Of a stretch of 64,000 nt of DNA, positions 41,501 through 53,100 are shown piece by piece. The stretch is taken from NCBI GenBank assembly GCA_002269645.1, contig NIVC01001883.1:1-64000 (forward strand). Reading direction: 5' to 3'. Each line of letters begins with the position of its first letter. Within the stretch, counting starts at the first letter, position 1. The position numbers and the translations under genes were made by a program. The stretch comes from Macrostomum lignano. Lineage: Eukaryota. Below the pieces are notes generated by a model that worked only from the letters and a program-made list of their open reading frames with translations, did no database searches and was not told where the DNA came from.

Positions 41501-41559
41501 AGCCAGGCCGCGTCGTTGCTGACGACCAGCGCACGGCTTACCGGCTTTAGCGACGGCAT
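38510..41559 (-). CDS. Bacterial-type PLP-dependent Lys/Arg/Orn decarboxylase (AAT-fold, N-terminal receiver-like wing domain), 4 exons, 692 aa, intact
   Basis: Exons 41559-40558, 40384-39923, 39728-39469 and 38864-38510; all introns GT-AG and phases consistent (0,0,2). Motifs SWHSPGHSGG, RADLSVS..LDSLLHPTGVI, NGTSTTNK, LLDRNCHKSVHHG, TCCTYDG, IK|VIIDEAW, PLP-lysine TQSIHK, STSPQY, DPTKLT, YPPGIPVLVPG. Substrate is not assignable by eye. Confidence 0.93.
38868..39445. repeat. ~20-bp G-rich minisatellite (GGGCGGGGTAGATAGCGGAT)n filling decarboxylase intron 3
   Basis: Direct inspection. Confidence 0.95.
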
Positions 41560-41562
41560 GGC

Positions 41563-41590
41563 CTGCTGCGAGCAGCAGAAGGAGATTTGA
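41563..41590 (-). promoter_or_regulatory. 3' splice acceptor (NAGNAG) 3-6 nt upstream of the decarboxylase ATG; cis or SL trans-splice site
   Basis: Minus strand reads tcaaatctccttctgctgctcgcag|cag|gccATG. Confidence 0.6.
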
Positions 41591-41607
41591 GTCCGGCTCT
41601 GCCACTG

Positions 41608-42020
41608 CAGGGGTCTGGCTTTATTTACTGCTGGGGTCTGGCTTTATTTACTGCTGGGGTCTGGCTTTATTTACTGCAGGGGTCTGGCTTTATTTACTGC
41701 TGGGGTCTGGCTTTATTTACTGCTGGGGTCTGGCTTTATTTACTGCTGGGGTCTGGCTTTATTTACTGCTGGGGTCTGGCTTTGCCACTGCTGGGGTCTG
41801 GCTTTATTTACTGCAGGGGTCTGGCTTTATTTACTGCTGGGGTCTGGCATTATTTACTGCTGGGGTCTGGCTTTATTTACTGCTGGGGTCTGGCATTATT
41901 TACTGCTGGGGTCTGGCTTTATTTACTGCTGGGGTCTGGCTTTATTTACTGCTGGGGTCTGGCATTATTTACTGCTGGGGTCTGGCTTTATTTACTGCTG
42001 GGGTCTGGCTTTATTTACTG
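41608..42020. repeat. 23-bp minisatellite (GGGGTCTGGCTTTATTTACTGCT)n
   Basis: About 17 copies; most units contain AATAAA on the minus strand. Confidence 0.95.
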
Positions 42021-42034
42021 CTGGGATGGGGCCT

Positions 42035-42385
42035 GATTCCGCTGGGGTGGGGTCTGATTCTGCTGGGGTGGGGTCTGATTCTGCTGGGGGGGGTCTGATT
42101 CTGCTGGGGTGGGGTCTGATTCTGCTGGGGTGGGGTCTGATTCTGCTGGGGGGGTCTGATTCTGCTGGGGGGGTCTGATTCTGCTGGGGTGGGGTCTGAT
42201 TCTGCTGGGGTGGGGTCTGATTCTGCTGGGGGGGGTCTGATTCTGCTGGGGGGGGTCTGATTCTGCTGGGGTGGGGTCTGATTCTGCTGGGGAGGGGTCT
42301 GATTCTGCTGGGGGGTCTGATTCTGCTGGGGAGGGGTCTGATTCTGCTGGGGGGGTCTGATTCTGCTGGGGTGGGGTCTGATTCT
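42035..42385. repeat. ~21-bp G-rich minisatellite (GGGGTCTGATTCTGCTGGGGT)n
   Basis: Direct inspection; shares GGGGTCTG..CTGCTGGGG with the adjacent 23-bp array. Confidence 0.95.
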
Positions 42386-42496
42386 ACTATCAACTAAGAC
42401 AGTGAAAATACAGACAACACAAAGACCGCTGAGTTCCTGATCCAGACTAAAACACTGTCCTTGGTCCAAAGACAAAAGGATGAAATTATCAATAAA

Positions 42497-42502
42497 TTTA
42501 TT
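42497..42502 (-). terminator. Candidate poly(A) signal of KANK
   Basis: AATAAA followed by a U-rich tract (TTTTGTCTTTGG), about 930 nt after the predicted stop. Confidence 0.45.
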
Positions 42503-43436
42503 AATAAACAGGAATTAGCAAAATGGTGAATACAAAGCGGAATACTAGAGCGCGCCGGCTGCCGAAAACAGTATAGGGAAGTCGGCACTGGCAGGCATAA
42601 AATATAAGGCGTTTTCTATCCTAAATTGGAATCACGTAGAAAAATTTACATCATTTTTCTCCTTACGCATCACCCTACTACTATTAAGTAGGAATAAGTG
42701 AAAATAGAAATTAAAAAAAGGCGGAGGCCGCTGCCAGAGCCGGAAATGTTAATAAATGGAGACAGAGGAAGACGGTGACTCGAGTGCGGAATGAGCTGCT
42801 GGGCCCTGCCTCAGTTTACTGATAGGCTTGAATACAATAGAAACTAAACTGCTGAAAAAGTGGCTCTCAGTAAAACTCCTAAAGGTTCGTTGAGTTCAGT
42901 GCGATTGAAAAAGTTCACTGAAATGAGGCTCTGGGTGAGACGACACAACAGGACAGGGAGCTGCGCAATGCTGCTAATCGTGTATGGGATAAAGACTGAG
43001 TATGCTGAGTACAGTACGCTGAGCACGTGCAGTATGCACAGCAAATATACAGTATGCTGAGTAGCTGAGTAGCTCAGGCGGGCCGGGCAGCGCCAGTCTC
43101 AATTTTCTGCTTCATTCTCCGAGCCGCTGGTGCTGCTAAAGCGTTGTGGAGCCAAAGAGGAGCTTGGCCTGCGGGTTGCAATGGGGCGATTTGGGACCCG
43201 TCAATAAGATGTAAGCTGGTCAGACTGGCTGCGGAATTAGTCCATAAATTTGGCCTGCACAAAGCGGTAACTACTACTATAAATACGAGTTTGCTTAGAT
43301 GCGTGAACTCTGCAGGCTGGCGGCTTGAAATGGTTAGGCATGTGAGCGATAGGTTGGGGATAGACTTTGCGGCCAGGGAGGCCCTTCTACATGTACATGG
43401 AGTAGATAGCAACCAATTTACAGGTGCTGTGAGGCG

Positions 43437-46400
43437 CTAGGGTGAGCTAGGATTGACGCCACAGCTGCATCCTTGAGGTCCTCCACCTGAGCTCAGACCA
43501 CGTCCCGACCTGCGGCCGTTCGCAGAACGAGAAATCGCGGAAATCGGCGACGAACTTGAGCGGGGCCGGATGCGGAACCGGATGCGGAACCGGATGCGGA
43601 ACCGGATGCGGAACCGGATGCGGAACCAGATTCGTAACTGAATATGGAACTAGATCCGGAACCAGATACGGATCCGGAACCAGATACGGATACAGATACG
43701 GAACCAGATACGGATCCGGAACCAGATACGGATCCGGAACCAGATCCGGAACCAGATCCGGAACCAGATCCGGAACCAGATGCGGAACCAGATGCGGAAC
43801 CAACAGCGTCGATTGCCGGCAGTGGCGGCTGCAGTTATCAAAATTCAGCACCGATTATGAGTAAGTAGGATAAGAGAAATTAGAAAGAAGATTCTGGAGC
43901 TTGATTTGAGTCGCAATTTTGGTAAGCTACGGCAGAGAAATAAAAATTCTGCATCCGAGTTATGGATCCTCAGACAGCACGAATATTGGAATTAAAAAAA
44001 TCAAATGAGAAATTTCTGGCAAAAAACCATAATGCGATTATGACAAAGCAAGCCAATACGTAGTAAGAAAGCACTACTTCGAGTAGGACATCAGGGCACG
44101 GCAAAGTGTGCAATCCGACAACATAAACAGAAACGATTCCGATTTCCATCTTCCTCTACTGTAAGTAGGCTTTTCAGAATAAAATAACAAACAATCGACC
44201 ATTTCTCAGGCCAATTGAATCGGCAAAAAAACTACAAATCGCTGCAAAACAGTTCGCCCCGCCCTGCCCGCATGTTGCGGACTTGCGCGTCCACCTGGCC
44301 GGGGCTCACCTGGCCCACCTACCTCTGGCCAAGCCGGTCGAACTTCCTAGACAGCGACGGCGAGCGCTTCTGCTTGAATTGGTGCGCGGGTTTTCGGGCT
44401 AAACAGGCTGGGCGAGGACTTGCACACTGCTGGCTAATTGGCTAATTGGCTAATTGGCTAATTGGCTAATTGCTTGATTGGCACAACACCCGGGAGCAGC
44501 GTGCGGTGGCTCAAAGAAGCAAAATGGAACATAAAAATCAATTTTTCTCTTCAAAACCCAAGGTTGAAAAAGAAACAGTGGCAATGAGAAGGAACTGGAG
44601 CAAACCGAGCACAACACATTCTAGTAAAACAAAAGGTGCAGTTTTCTGTTTAAATGTAACCGAATACCAAATTAAAAGTGGAAGAGTGCCGGAGGGAGCT
44701 TTTCTTTACCGTCATCTCGTCCACGGGAATGCTGGACCAGCTCCTCAGGCTGGGGGTGAAGTAGCGAGGGTGGGAGGATGAGAGACGCTCACACACAAAC
44801 ACAGACACACACTCTAGTCACACATTCACATAAACTAATCATATAATCATACAATTCACACAAACTAGTCACACATTCACAAAACTATTCACAAATTCAC
44901 ACAAACTAGTCACACATTCACACAAACTAGTCACACATTCACAAAAACTAGTCATGCATTCACACAAACTAGTCACATATTCACACAAAATAGTCACACA
45001 TTCACACAACTAGTCACACATTCACACAAACTAGTCACATATTTACACAAACTAGTCACACATTCACACAAACTAGTCACAAATTCACACAAACTAGTCA
45101 AATATTCACAAAAACTAGTCACACATTCACACAAACTAGTCACATATTCACACAAAATAGTCACACATTCACACAACTAGTCACACATTCACACAAACTA
45201 GTCACATATTCACACAAACTAGTCACACATTCACACAAACTAGTCAAATATTCACACAAACTAGTCACAAATTCACACAAACTAGTCAAATATTCACACA
45301 AACTAGTCACACATTCACACAAACTAGTCACATATTCACACAAACCAATCAACGCGCAATCACACAAGCCGTGTGACGCACCTCATCGAGACGGTGGCAG
45401 CCACCTGAATGCTGGTGACAGATGCGAAGTCAAGCTGAAAAGGCCGGGCGGTTTCTTAGAATTGAGAAACCCGCTAGCAACTGTCCTGCCATTCGCTGGA
45501 TTCACATCAAGTTAAATGCCAAATATGTCAGGTGCGAGCTCAGGCGTGGATTTATTAATATTGAAACACAGGAAAAATGTACTTTAATTGGCACAAATAA
45601 TTGGATGCGCAGAAATTCTACGAGCAATTTGGGGCAAATATCAGATACTACACATGACAGCAATAGCTGCCTGTTAGGGTGGTGAGTTATCACATCACTG
45701 GTTAGAACGAGCTAATATAAATATGAATTAAAACTGACCTTATGGACAATGGACAATGAGATTAACAAAGACTATGGACAGTGAGATGAACAAAGGCTAT
45801 GAACAGTCGGATAAACAAAGAATATGAATAGTGAGTTGAAAACAAATACTATGGACAGTGAGATGAACAAAGACTATGGGCAGGGAGAGGAACAAAGACT
45901 ATGGGCAGGGAGAGGAACAAAGACTATGGACAGTGAGATGAACAAAGACTATGGACAGTGAGATGAACAAAGACTTATGAACAGTCGGATGAACAAAGAA
46001 TATGAACAGTGAGTTGAAAACAAAGACTATGGACAGTGAGATGAACAGATTATGGACAGTGAGATGGAATCGATACAGTACTAGACAAAGGATTTGCAGC
46101 CCTAAAACGCAGGGATCTGTGATCTCAGAAACTCCGAAGCCGGACTCACCTCGCCCTTGTTCGGCAGGTTCACCCGGGCGTAGATGAGCAGCGCCACGTC
46201 CCGGTGCCCGGACGCCATGGCGATGGAGAGCGCCGTGGAGCCCTCGTTATCCTCCAACTCCGTGGATGTCTGCGGCCGGGCCAGCAGCTCCCTGGCGCAC
46301 TCCAGATTGCCGTGCTCGGCGGCAAACATCAAAGCCGTGGAGCCCTCGTCGTCCTGGGCGTTCGGATCGGCGCCGGCCTCCAGCAGCAGCCGCAGGATGG

Positions 46401-46696
46401 CCAGGCGGCCGTGGCTGGCGGACAGCATCAGCGCCGTGTGACCCACCGAGGTCGCCTTTCTGTTGACGTCGCTGCGGCGAAGGAGGTCGCGAAGGGTCTC
46501 CCGACCTTCGGCGTCCTCGTCGGACAGGTGGCTGAGGCCGGTGAGCATGGCGGCCGAGTAGCCCGACAGGTTGCTGCGGTCCGCGTCCGCCCGGCCGGCG
46601 GCCAGCAGGACTCGAACCACCGACCAGCGGCCGTGGCTGACGGAGTAGTGCAGGCTGGTGTTGCCCTGCGGCGGGGAGGGCAGGACGGGCAAGGAT

Positions 46697-46738
<42 letters not shown>

Positions 46739-46863
46739 TGGACAGACAGACAGACAGACAGACAGACACACAGACAGACAGACAGACAGACAGACAGGCA
46801 GACAGGCAGACAGACAGACAGACAGACAGACACTAAGACAGACAGACAGACAGACAGACACTA

Positions 46864-46908
<45 letters not shown>

Positions 46909-46935
46909 CTAAGACAGACAGACAGACAGACAGAC

Positions 46936-46968
<33 letters not shown>

Positions 46969-46971
46969 CTA

Positions 46972-47020
<49 letters not shown>

Positions 47021-47023
47021 GGC

Positions 47024-47056
<33 letters not shown>

Positions 47057-47059
47057 GGC

Positions 47060-47112
<53 letters not shown>

Positions 47113-50100
47113 TCCCATGTACATAAAGGGCCAGCCAAGGTGTTAATTAAACACGGGCACAATGCTCTGAAGAAGCAGCTGTGCGGAAATTCTGCAAAGT
47201 AATTTCAGAGCCCGAACTGTGATAATCCAATCACCGAGGGAGAGAGTTGGTGAAATAAAATTGATGCGGGGAGAGGCTAAGCAGCCGGCACCTGTGCGGG
47301 TTGCAATTGCTGTGCCAGGGTGCGCTGTATAGCGCGGAGCAGCTTACGGAAACTGCCAGCGATTGCCGGTTGCCTGCAGATCGACATGACGGGTGCGCAA
47401 TTTCAGCCGATTCACTCAAGCCATAATTGATGTTATAAACGATCATTTTTGTTACAGTTTGCATTACTAATAATAATAACAATAACTATTACTAATACTA
47501 AAATACTGATAAGCAAATAATAATTATTGCACATATCGTATGCTCAAGAAGCATTATTTTATCGAAATCTACGTGTACATTGCTATGCTAAATTTTATTC
47601 TACTCTAAATCTACTCTATGAATTCTATTAGACAATCATCCTAGTGTAGCGTATCCTACTTTTATTCTATCCTATTCTACCCTATCCTACTCTATCCTAT
47701 CCTACTCTACCCTATCCTACTCTATCCTATCCTACTCTATCCTATCCTACTCTATCCTATCCTACTCTGTCCTATCCTACTCTGTCCTATCCTACTCTGT
47801 CCTATCCTACTCTGTCCTATCCTACTCTATCCTATCCTACTCTGTCGTCCTATCCTACTCTGTCCTATCCTACTCTGTCCTATCCTACTCTATCCTATCC
47901 CACTCTGTCCTATCCTACTCTATCCTATCCTACTCTGTCCTATCCTACTCTGTCCTATCCTACTCTGTCCTATCCTACTCTGTCCTATCCTACTATGTCC
48001 TATCCTACTCTGTCGTCCTATCCTACTCTGTCCTATCCTACTCTGTCCTATCCTACTCTATCCTATCCCACTCTGTCCTATCCTACTCTATCCTATCCTA
48101 CTCTGTCCTATCCTACTCTGTCCTATCCTACTCTGCCCTATGTCCTATCCTACTCTGTCCTATCCTACTCTGTCCTATCCTACTCTGCCCTATGTCCTAT
48201 CCTACTCCAGCTCTATTCTCTATTCTACACAAGCGCATATTCCAATCAACTTGAACATGACTGTGAAAGCCGCAGTTCCGAACAAGGAAGCGCAGAGTGA
48301 ATGCATGCCAATGCAATGCACAATCTGGCCAATAAGCCACGGAGCTGCGCAAGTCACGCAAGCTCAGTGCACTGCAGCGGCTATTGCGCATTCGCGGTGC
48401 ACAGAATGCATGCCCTTTATCTGTTTGTGACAGATAGGAGATAAAAGAGAGTAAGCTTTGGGCAGATATTTTGCCATTGACAAACTGCACGGACTCCGTT
48501 CATTTCAGACCCGTCAATGGGGGCAAGAGTCCGGCCGCTTTATTTATAGGGGGAAGGGGCCCAAGCCAGCTGCAAATGCTTGCAGAGGGATTCGATGCTT
48601 AATGAATTGATGACGCTGAGAACCAATATAATGGCAGCACATTGGAGAGTCAGGGAGGGGCAGCAGCCACTGAAGAATCAGGGAGGGGGCAGCAGCCACT
48701 GAAGAATCAGGGAGGGGGCAGCAGCCACTGAAGAATCAGGGAGGGGCAGCAGCCCATTGGAGAGTCAGGGAGGGGGCAGCAGCCTATTGGAGAGTCAGGG
48801 AGGGGCAGCAGACACAGGAGAGTCAGGGAGGGGGCAGCAGCCTATTGGAGAGTCAGGGAGGGGGCAGCAGCCACAGGAGAGTCAGGGAGGGGCAGCAGCC
48901 ACAGGAGAGTCAGGGAGGGGCAGCAGCCACTGGAGAGTCAGGGAGGGGGCAGCAGCCTATTGGAGAGTCAGGGAGGGGGCAGCAGCCACAGGAGAGTCAG
49001 GGAGGGGCAGCAGCCACAGGAGAGTCAGGGAGGGCAGCAGCCACTGGAGAGTCAGGGAGGGGCAGCAGCCACTGAAGAATCAGGGAGGGGGCAGCAGCCA
49101 CTGAAGAATCAGGGAGGGGCAGCAGCCACAGGAGAGTCAGGGAGGGGGCAGCAGCCACTGAAGAATCAGGGAGGGGCAGCAGCCACTGAAGAATCAGGGA
49201 GGGGCAGCAGCCACAGGAGAGTCAGGGAGGGGCAGCAGCCACTGGAGAGTCAGGGAGGGGCAGCAGCCCATTGGAGAGTCAGGGAGGGGGCAGCAGCCAC
49301 TGGAGAGTCAGGGTCAGGAGTCACTGACACTTACATTGTCATCGGCCATGTTGACGACTTTGTCCAGCAGGTGCTCGGACTTGGCAGCGAAGTAATCGCA
49401 GTAGGCCTTCACCTGGCTGGCGCTGGCCTCGCGGACGCTGCTGACGCGGAACCAGTCGCGGCGGATCAGCGACAGGGCGTCGTTCTGTGGAGGGGCAGCG
49501 CGCTTTATGGATTAGAGCGCAGCTTTTAAAAATATCCCATCCTACTGTTTTCCCACGTATTCTCCGAAACTCACGTTCGTAAGTTTTCCTTTTAGAGCAA
49601 AATCCATCCTCTGGGCTTCCCAATCGACAAATCCCATCCTCTGGGCTTCCCAATCGACAAATCCCATCCTCTGGGCTTCCCAATCGACAAATCCCATCCT
49701 CTGGGCTTCCCAATCGACAAATCCCATCCTCTGGGCTTCCCAATCGACAAATCCCATCCTCTGAGTTTCCCATTCGACAAATCCCATCCTCTGGGTTGTC
49801 GAATCAACAAATCCCATCCTCTGAGTTTCCCATTCGACAAATCCCATCCTCTGAGTTTCCCATTCGACAAATCCCATCCTCTGAGTTTCCCATTCGACAA
49901 ATCCCATCCTCTGAGTTTCCCATTCGACAAATCCCATCCTCTGAGTTTCCCTTTCGACAAATCCCATCCTCTGAGTTTCCCATTCGACAAATCCCATCCT
50001 CTGAGTTTCCCTTTCGACAAATCCTATCCTCTGAGTTTCCCAATCGCCAAATCTCATCCTCTGGGTTTCCCATTCGACAATCCCATTCTCAGGTTTCCCA

Positions 50101-53100
50101 TTGGAAAAGTTCAGTTGTCAGAAATTCAGAGAGTCATACATTTTTTCCTAGTGCTAAACTTAATTCCTCCCCAGATATTTCAATATTTGAAGCGTTGAAT
50201 CGCTCCAACTCTGAAGATCCCACAGGAAATGTTCCCATTCCAAAACTTCCAAGCATCCGAAGCTTGCAAGCCGCCAGGACCCGTCAGTAAACGGGAGCAT
50301 GCACAGTGCGGGGAGCAATAGTACTTTTGTTAAAACTGTGCAGCTGGGCAGTGCAGTTAAACTACAGTTGAACAAAGCGGAAGTCCCTCATCAATTATCG
50401 GACTCGGCTCTGTTTTAAACAAATAATTGCTTTATCGATCCTGATAGCTAAACGGCAATTTAAAACAAACAATAAAATGAATGCTGCATAATCTTGATTG
50501 TAAACAGATTATTGTCGGTGCAGATAAGTCCTGCTTCAACTGTATGATACATTTAGTAACTATGGTAAATAGTCCGTTGCTAGGGCCTCAGCGGCCCATT
50601 GCTGCTGGGGTAAAATTTAACGGCAGTCTTTATAGTAAAAACATAAAAATTCAGGATAAAGTGAGCGGAAATGGTTTTTTCTTGTCCATCCTAGGGTGAG
50701 TTGCAAGTTCGTGGCTGCCGACTGTCCACTGGCTGTCAGGAGTATCAATTGATCAACCACTGGCTGTCAGGAGTATCAATTGATCAACCACTGGCTGTCA
50801 GGAGTATCAATTGATCAACCACTGGCTGTCAGGAGTATCAATTGATCAACCACTGGCTGTCAGGAGTATCAATTGATCAACCACTGGCTGTCAGGAGTAT
50901 CAATTGATCAACCACTGGCTGTCAGGAGTATCAATTGATCAACCACTGGCTGTCAGGAGTATCAGTTGATCAACCACTGGCTGTCAGGAGTATCAATTGA
51001 TCAATCACTGGCTGTCAGGAGTATCAATTGATCAACCACTGGCTGTCAGGAGTATCAATTGATCAACCACTGGCTATCAGGAGTATCAATTGATCAACCA
51101 CTGGCTGTCAGGAGTATCAATTGATCAACCACTGGCTGTCAGGAGTATCAATTGATCAATTATTCACTGTCTGGGGTACAGCAAGATCTCAGTGAGGCGG
51201 GCAGGCCCTGTGATGCCAGCAGCAGCCAGCGTGGGAGTCGCAGGACGCGCTGTGCACCAGCATCCGCTGCTGCTGCTGGCGGCGCCCGCGCTGCTGCCGG
51301 TGCTGCCAGTGGCAGCAGTCCCGGCGAATTGCCGAACGCTGACGCTCCATCAGCAGCTCCTCCTGGTTGAATATTCGAGAAATTCACAGCTTACGAGTGA
51401 AAATCGAGTTTTCACTTCGAATGCCTACTGGAGATCAATCGCAGAGTTCCGTGCGAAATTTTGAAGCGCAGTTGGCCGACGAAGATTTTGGCAGACATGG
51501 ATATACTTAGACGGCTGCCATCCTAGCATGTACACACCCCAACAGGTACCCATCCCAACAGGTACCCATCACAACAGGTACACACCCCAACAGGTAGCAT
51601 TCCAACAGGTACCCATCACAACAGGTACCCATCCCAACAGGTACCCATCACAACAAGTACCCATCACAACAGGTACCCATCACAACAGGTACCCATCACA
51701 ACAGGTACCCATCACAACAGGTACCCATCACAACAGGTACCCATCACAACAGGTACCCATCATACCCATCACAACAGGTAGCATCCCAACAGGTAGCATC
51801 CCAACAGGTACCCATCCCAACAGGTACCCATCACAACAGGTACCCATCCCAACAGGTACCCATCACAACAGGTACCAATCCCAACAAGTACCCATCACAA
51901 CAGGTACCCATCACAACAGGTACCCATCACAACAGGTACCCATCACAACAGGTACCCATCACAACAGGTACCCATCACAACAGGTAGCATCCCAACAGGT
52001 AGCATCCCAACAGGTAGCATCCCAACAGGTAGCATCCCAACAGGTAGCATCCCAACAGGTAGCATCCCAACAGGTAGCATCCCAACAGGTAGCATCCCAA
52101 CAGGTAGCATCCCAACAGGTAGCATCCCAACAGGTAGCATCCCAACAGGTAGCATCCCAACAGGTAGCATCCCAACAGGTAGCATCCCAACAGGTACCCA
52201 TCACAACAGGTACCCATCACAACAGGTACCCATCGCAACAGGTACACATCACAACAGGTACCCATCCCAACAGGTAATCGCTCCAACGAGCAATCACCAC
52301 ATCAGTCACCCAGACTCCTCACAGCTTCATCACTCACCAGCTCGGCGGCGCTGACACCGGTCGAGTCGTGCCGCCAGGCCTCGTAGGTCGAGCAGGCCTT
52401 CTCGACATCTTGCGGCACCTGCAGCGGCGCTGGCGAAGGCGACAACTGCGAAGCGGCCTCTACGCCGGCGGCGCTGCCTTCGGATTCGAACGCCGAGGCA
52501 GACGCGGCCTCCTCGCCGCGCTCGTACAGCAGCTCGATGCGCCCGTCGGCCCCGAAGTAGCTGCCCTCGATCGGGCTGCCCACCATGTCGTCGTCGTCGT
52601 CTTCGTCGTCCAGGTCGTCGTCGTCGGCGGAGCTGCTCGATGGCGACCTGAGGGGCAGGGATTTCGACAAGGGGACTGGGGATTCGTTTGAGGTGAGACT
52701 GCACCATCAATCACACCCCGCACACCTTCACACCCCGCACACCTTCACACCCCGACCCTTCACACCCCGACCCTTCACACCCCGACCCTTCACACCCCGA
52801 CCCTTCACACCCCGACCCTTCACACCCCGACCCTTCACACCCCGACCCTTCACACCCCGACCCTTCACACCCCGACCCTTCACACCCCGACCCTTCACAC
52901 CCCGACCCTTCACACCCCGACCCTTCACACCCCGACCCTTCACACCCCGACCCTTCACACCCCGACCCTTCACACCCCGACCCTTCACACCCCGACCCTT
53001 CACACCCCGACCCTTCACACCCCGACCCTTCACACCCCGACCCTTCACACCCCGACCCTTCACACCCCGACCCTTCACACCCCGACCCTTCACACCCCGA

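Noticed and set aside
38510-41559. Bacterial contamination as the source of the decarboxylase
   Set aside because: The ORF is interrupted by three phase-consistent GT-AG introns, one filled with a host-type minisatellite, and is contiguous with eukaryotic genes and repeats. Read-level confirmation is still needed.
44430-44480. Tandem (TAATTGGC)n as a CCAAT-box promoter for the decarboxylase
   Set aside because: It lies in a predicted KANK intron just before exon 9 and fits the pattern of intronic micro-repeats; there is no TSS evidence.
50725-51158. CRISPR-like array of 31-bp palindromic repeats
   Set aside because: The repeats are contiguous with no unique spacers, there are no cas genes, and the context is a eukaryotic intron.
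51160-51390. GC-rich patch in KANK intron 5 as an extra exon
   Set aside because: An acceptor-like AG exists, but the phase-0 reading stops at ~51190 with no convincing donor, and exons 5 and 6 already join in frame with KANK-like continuity.
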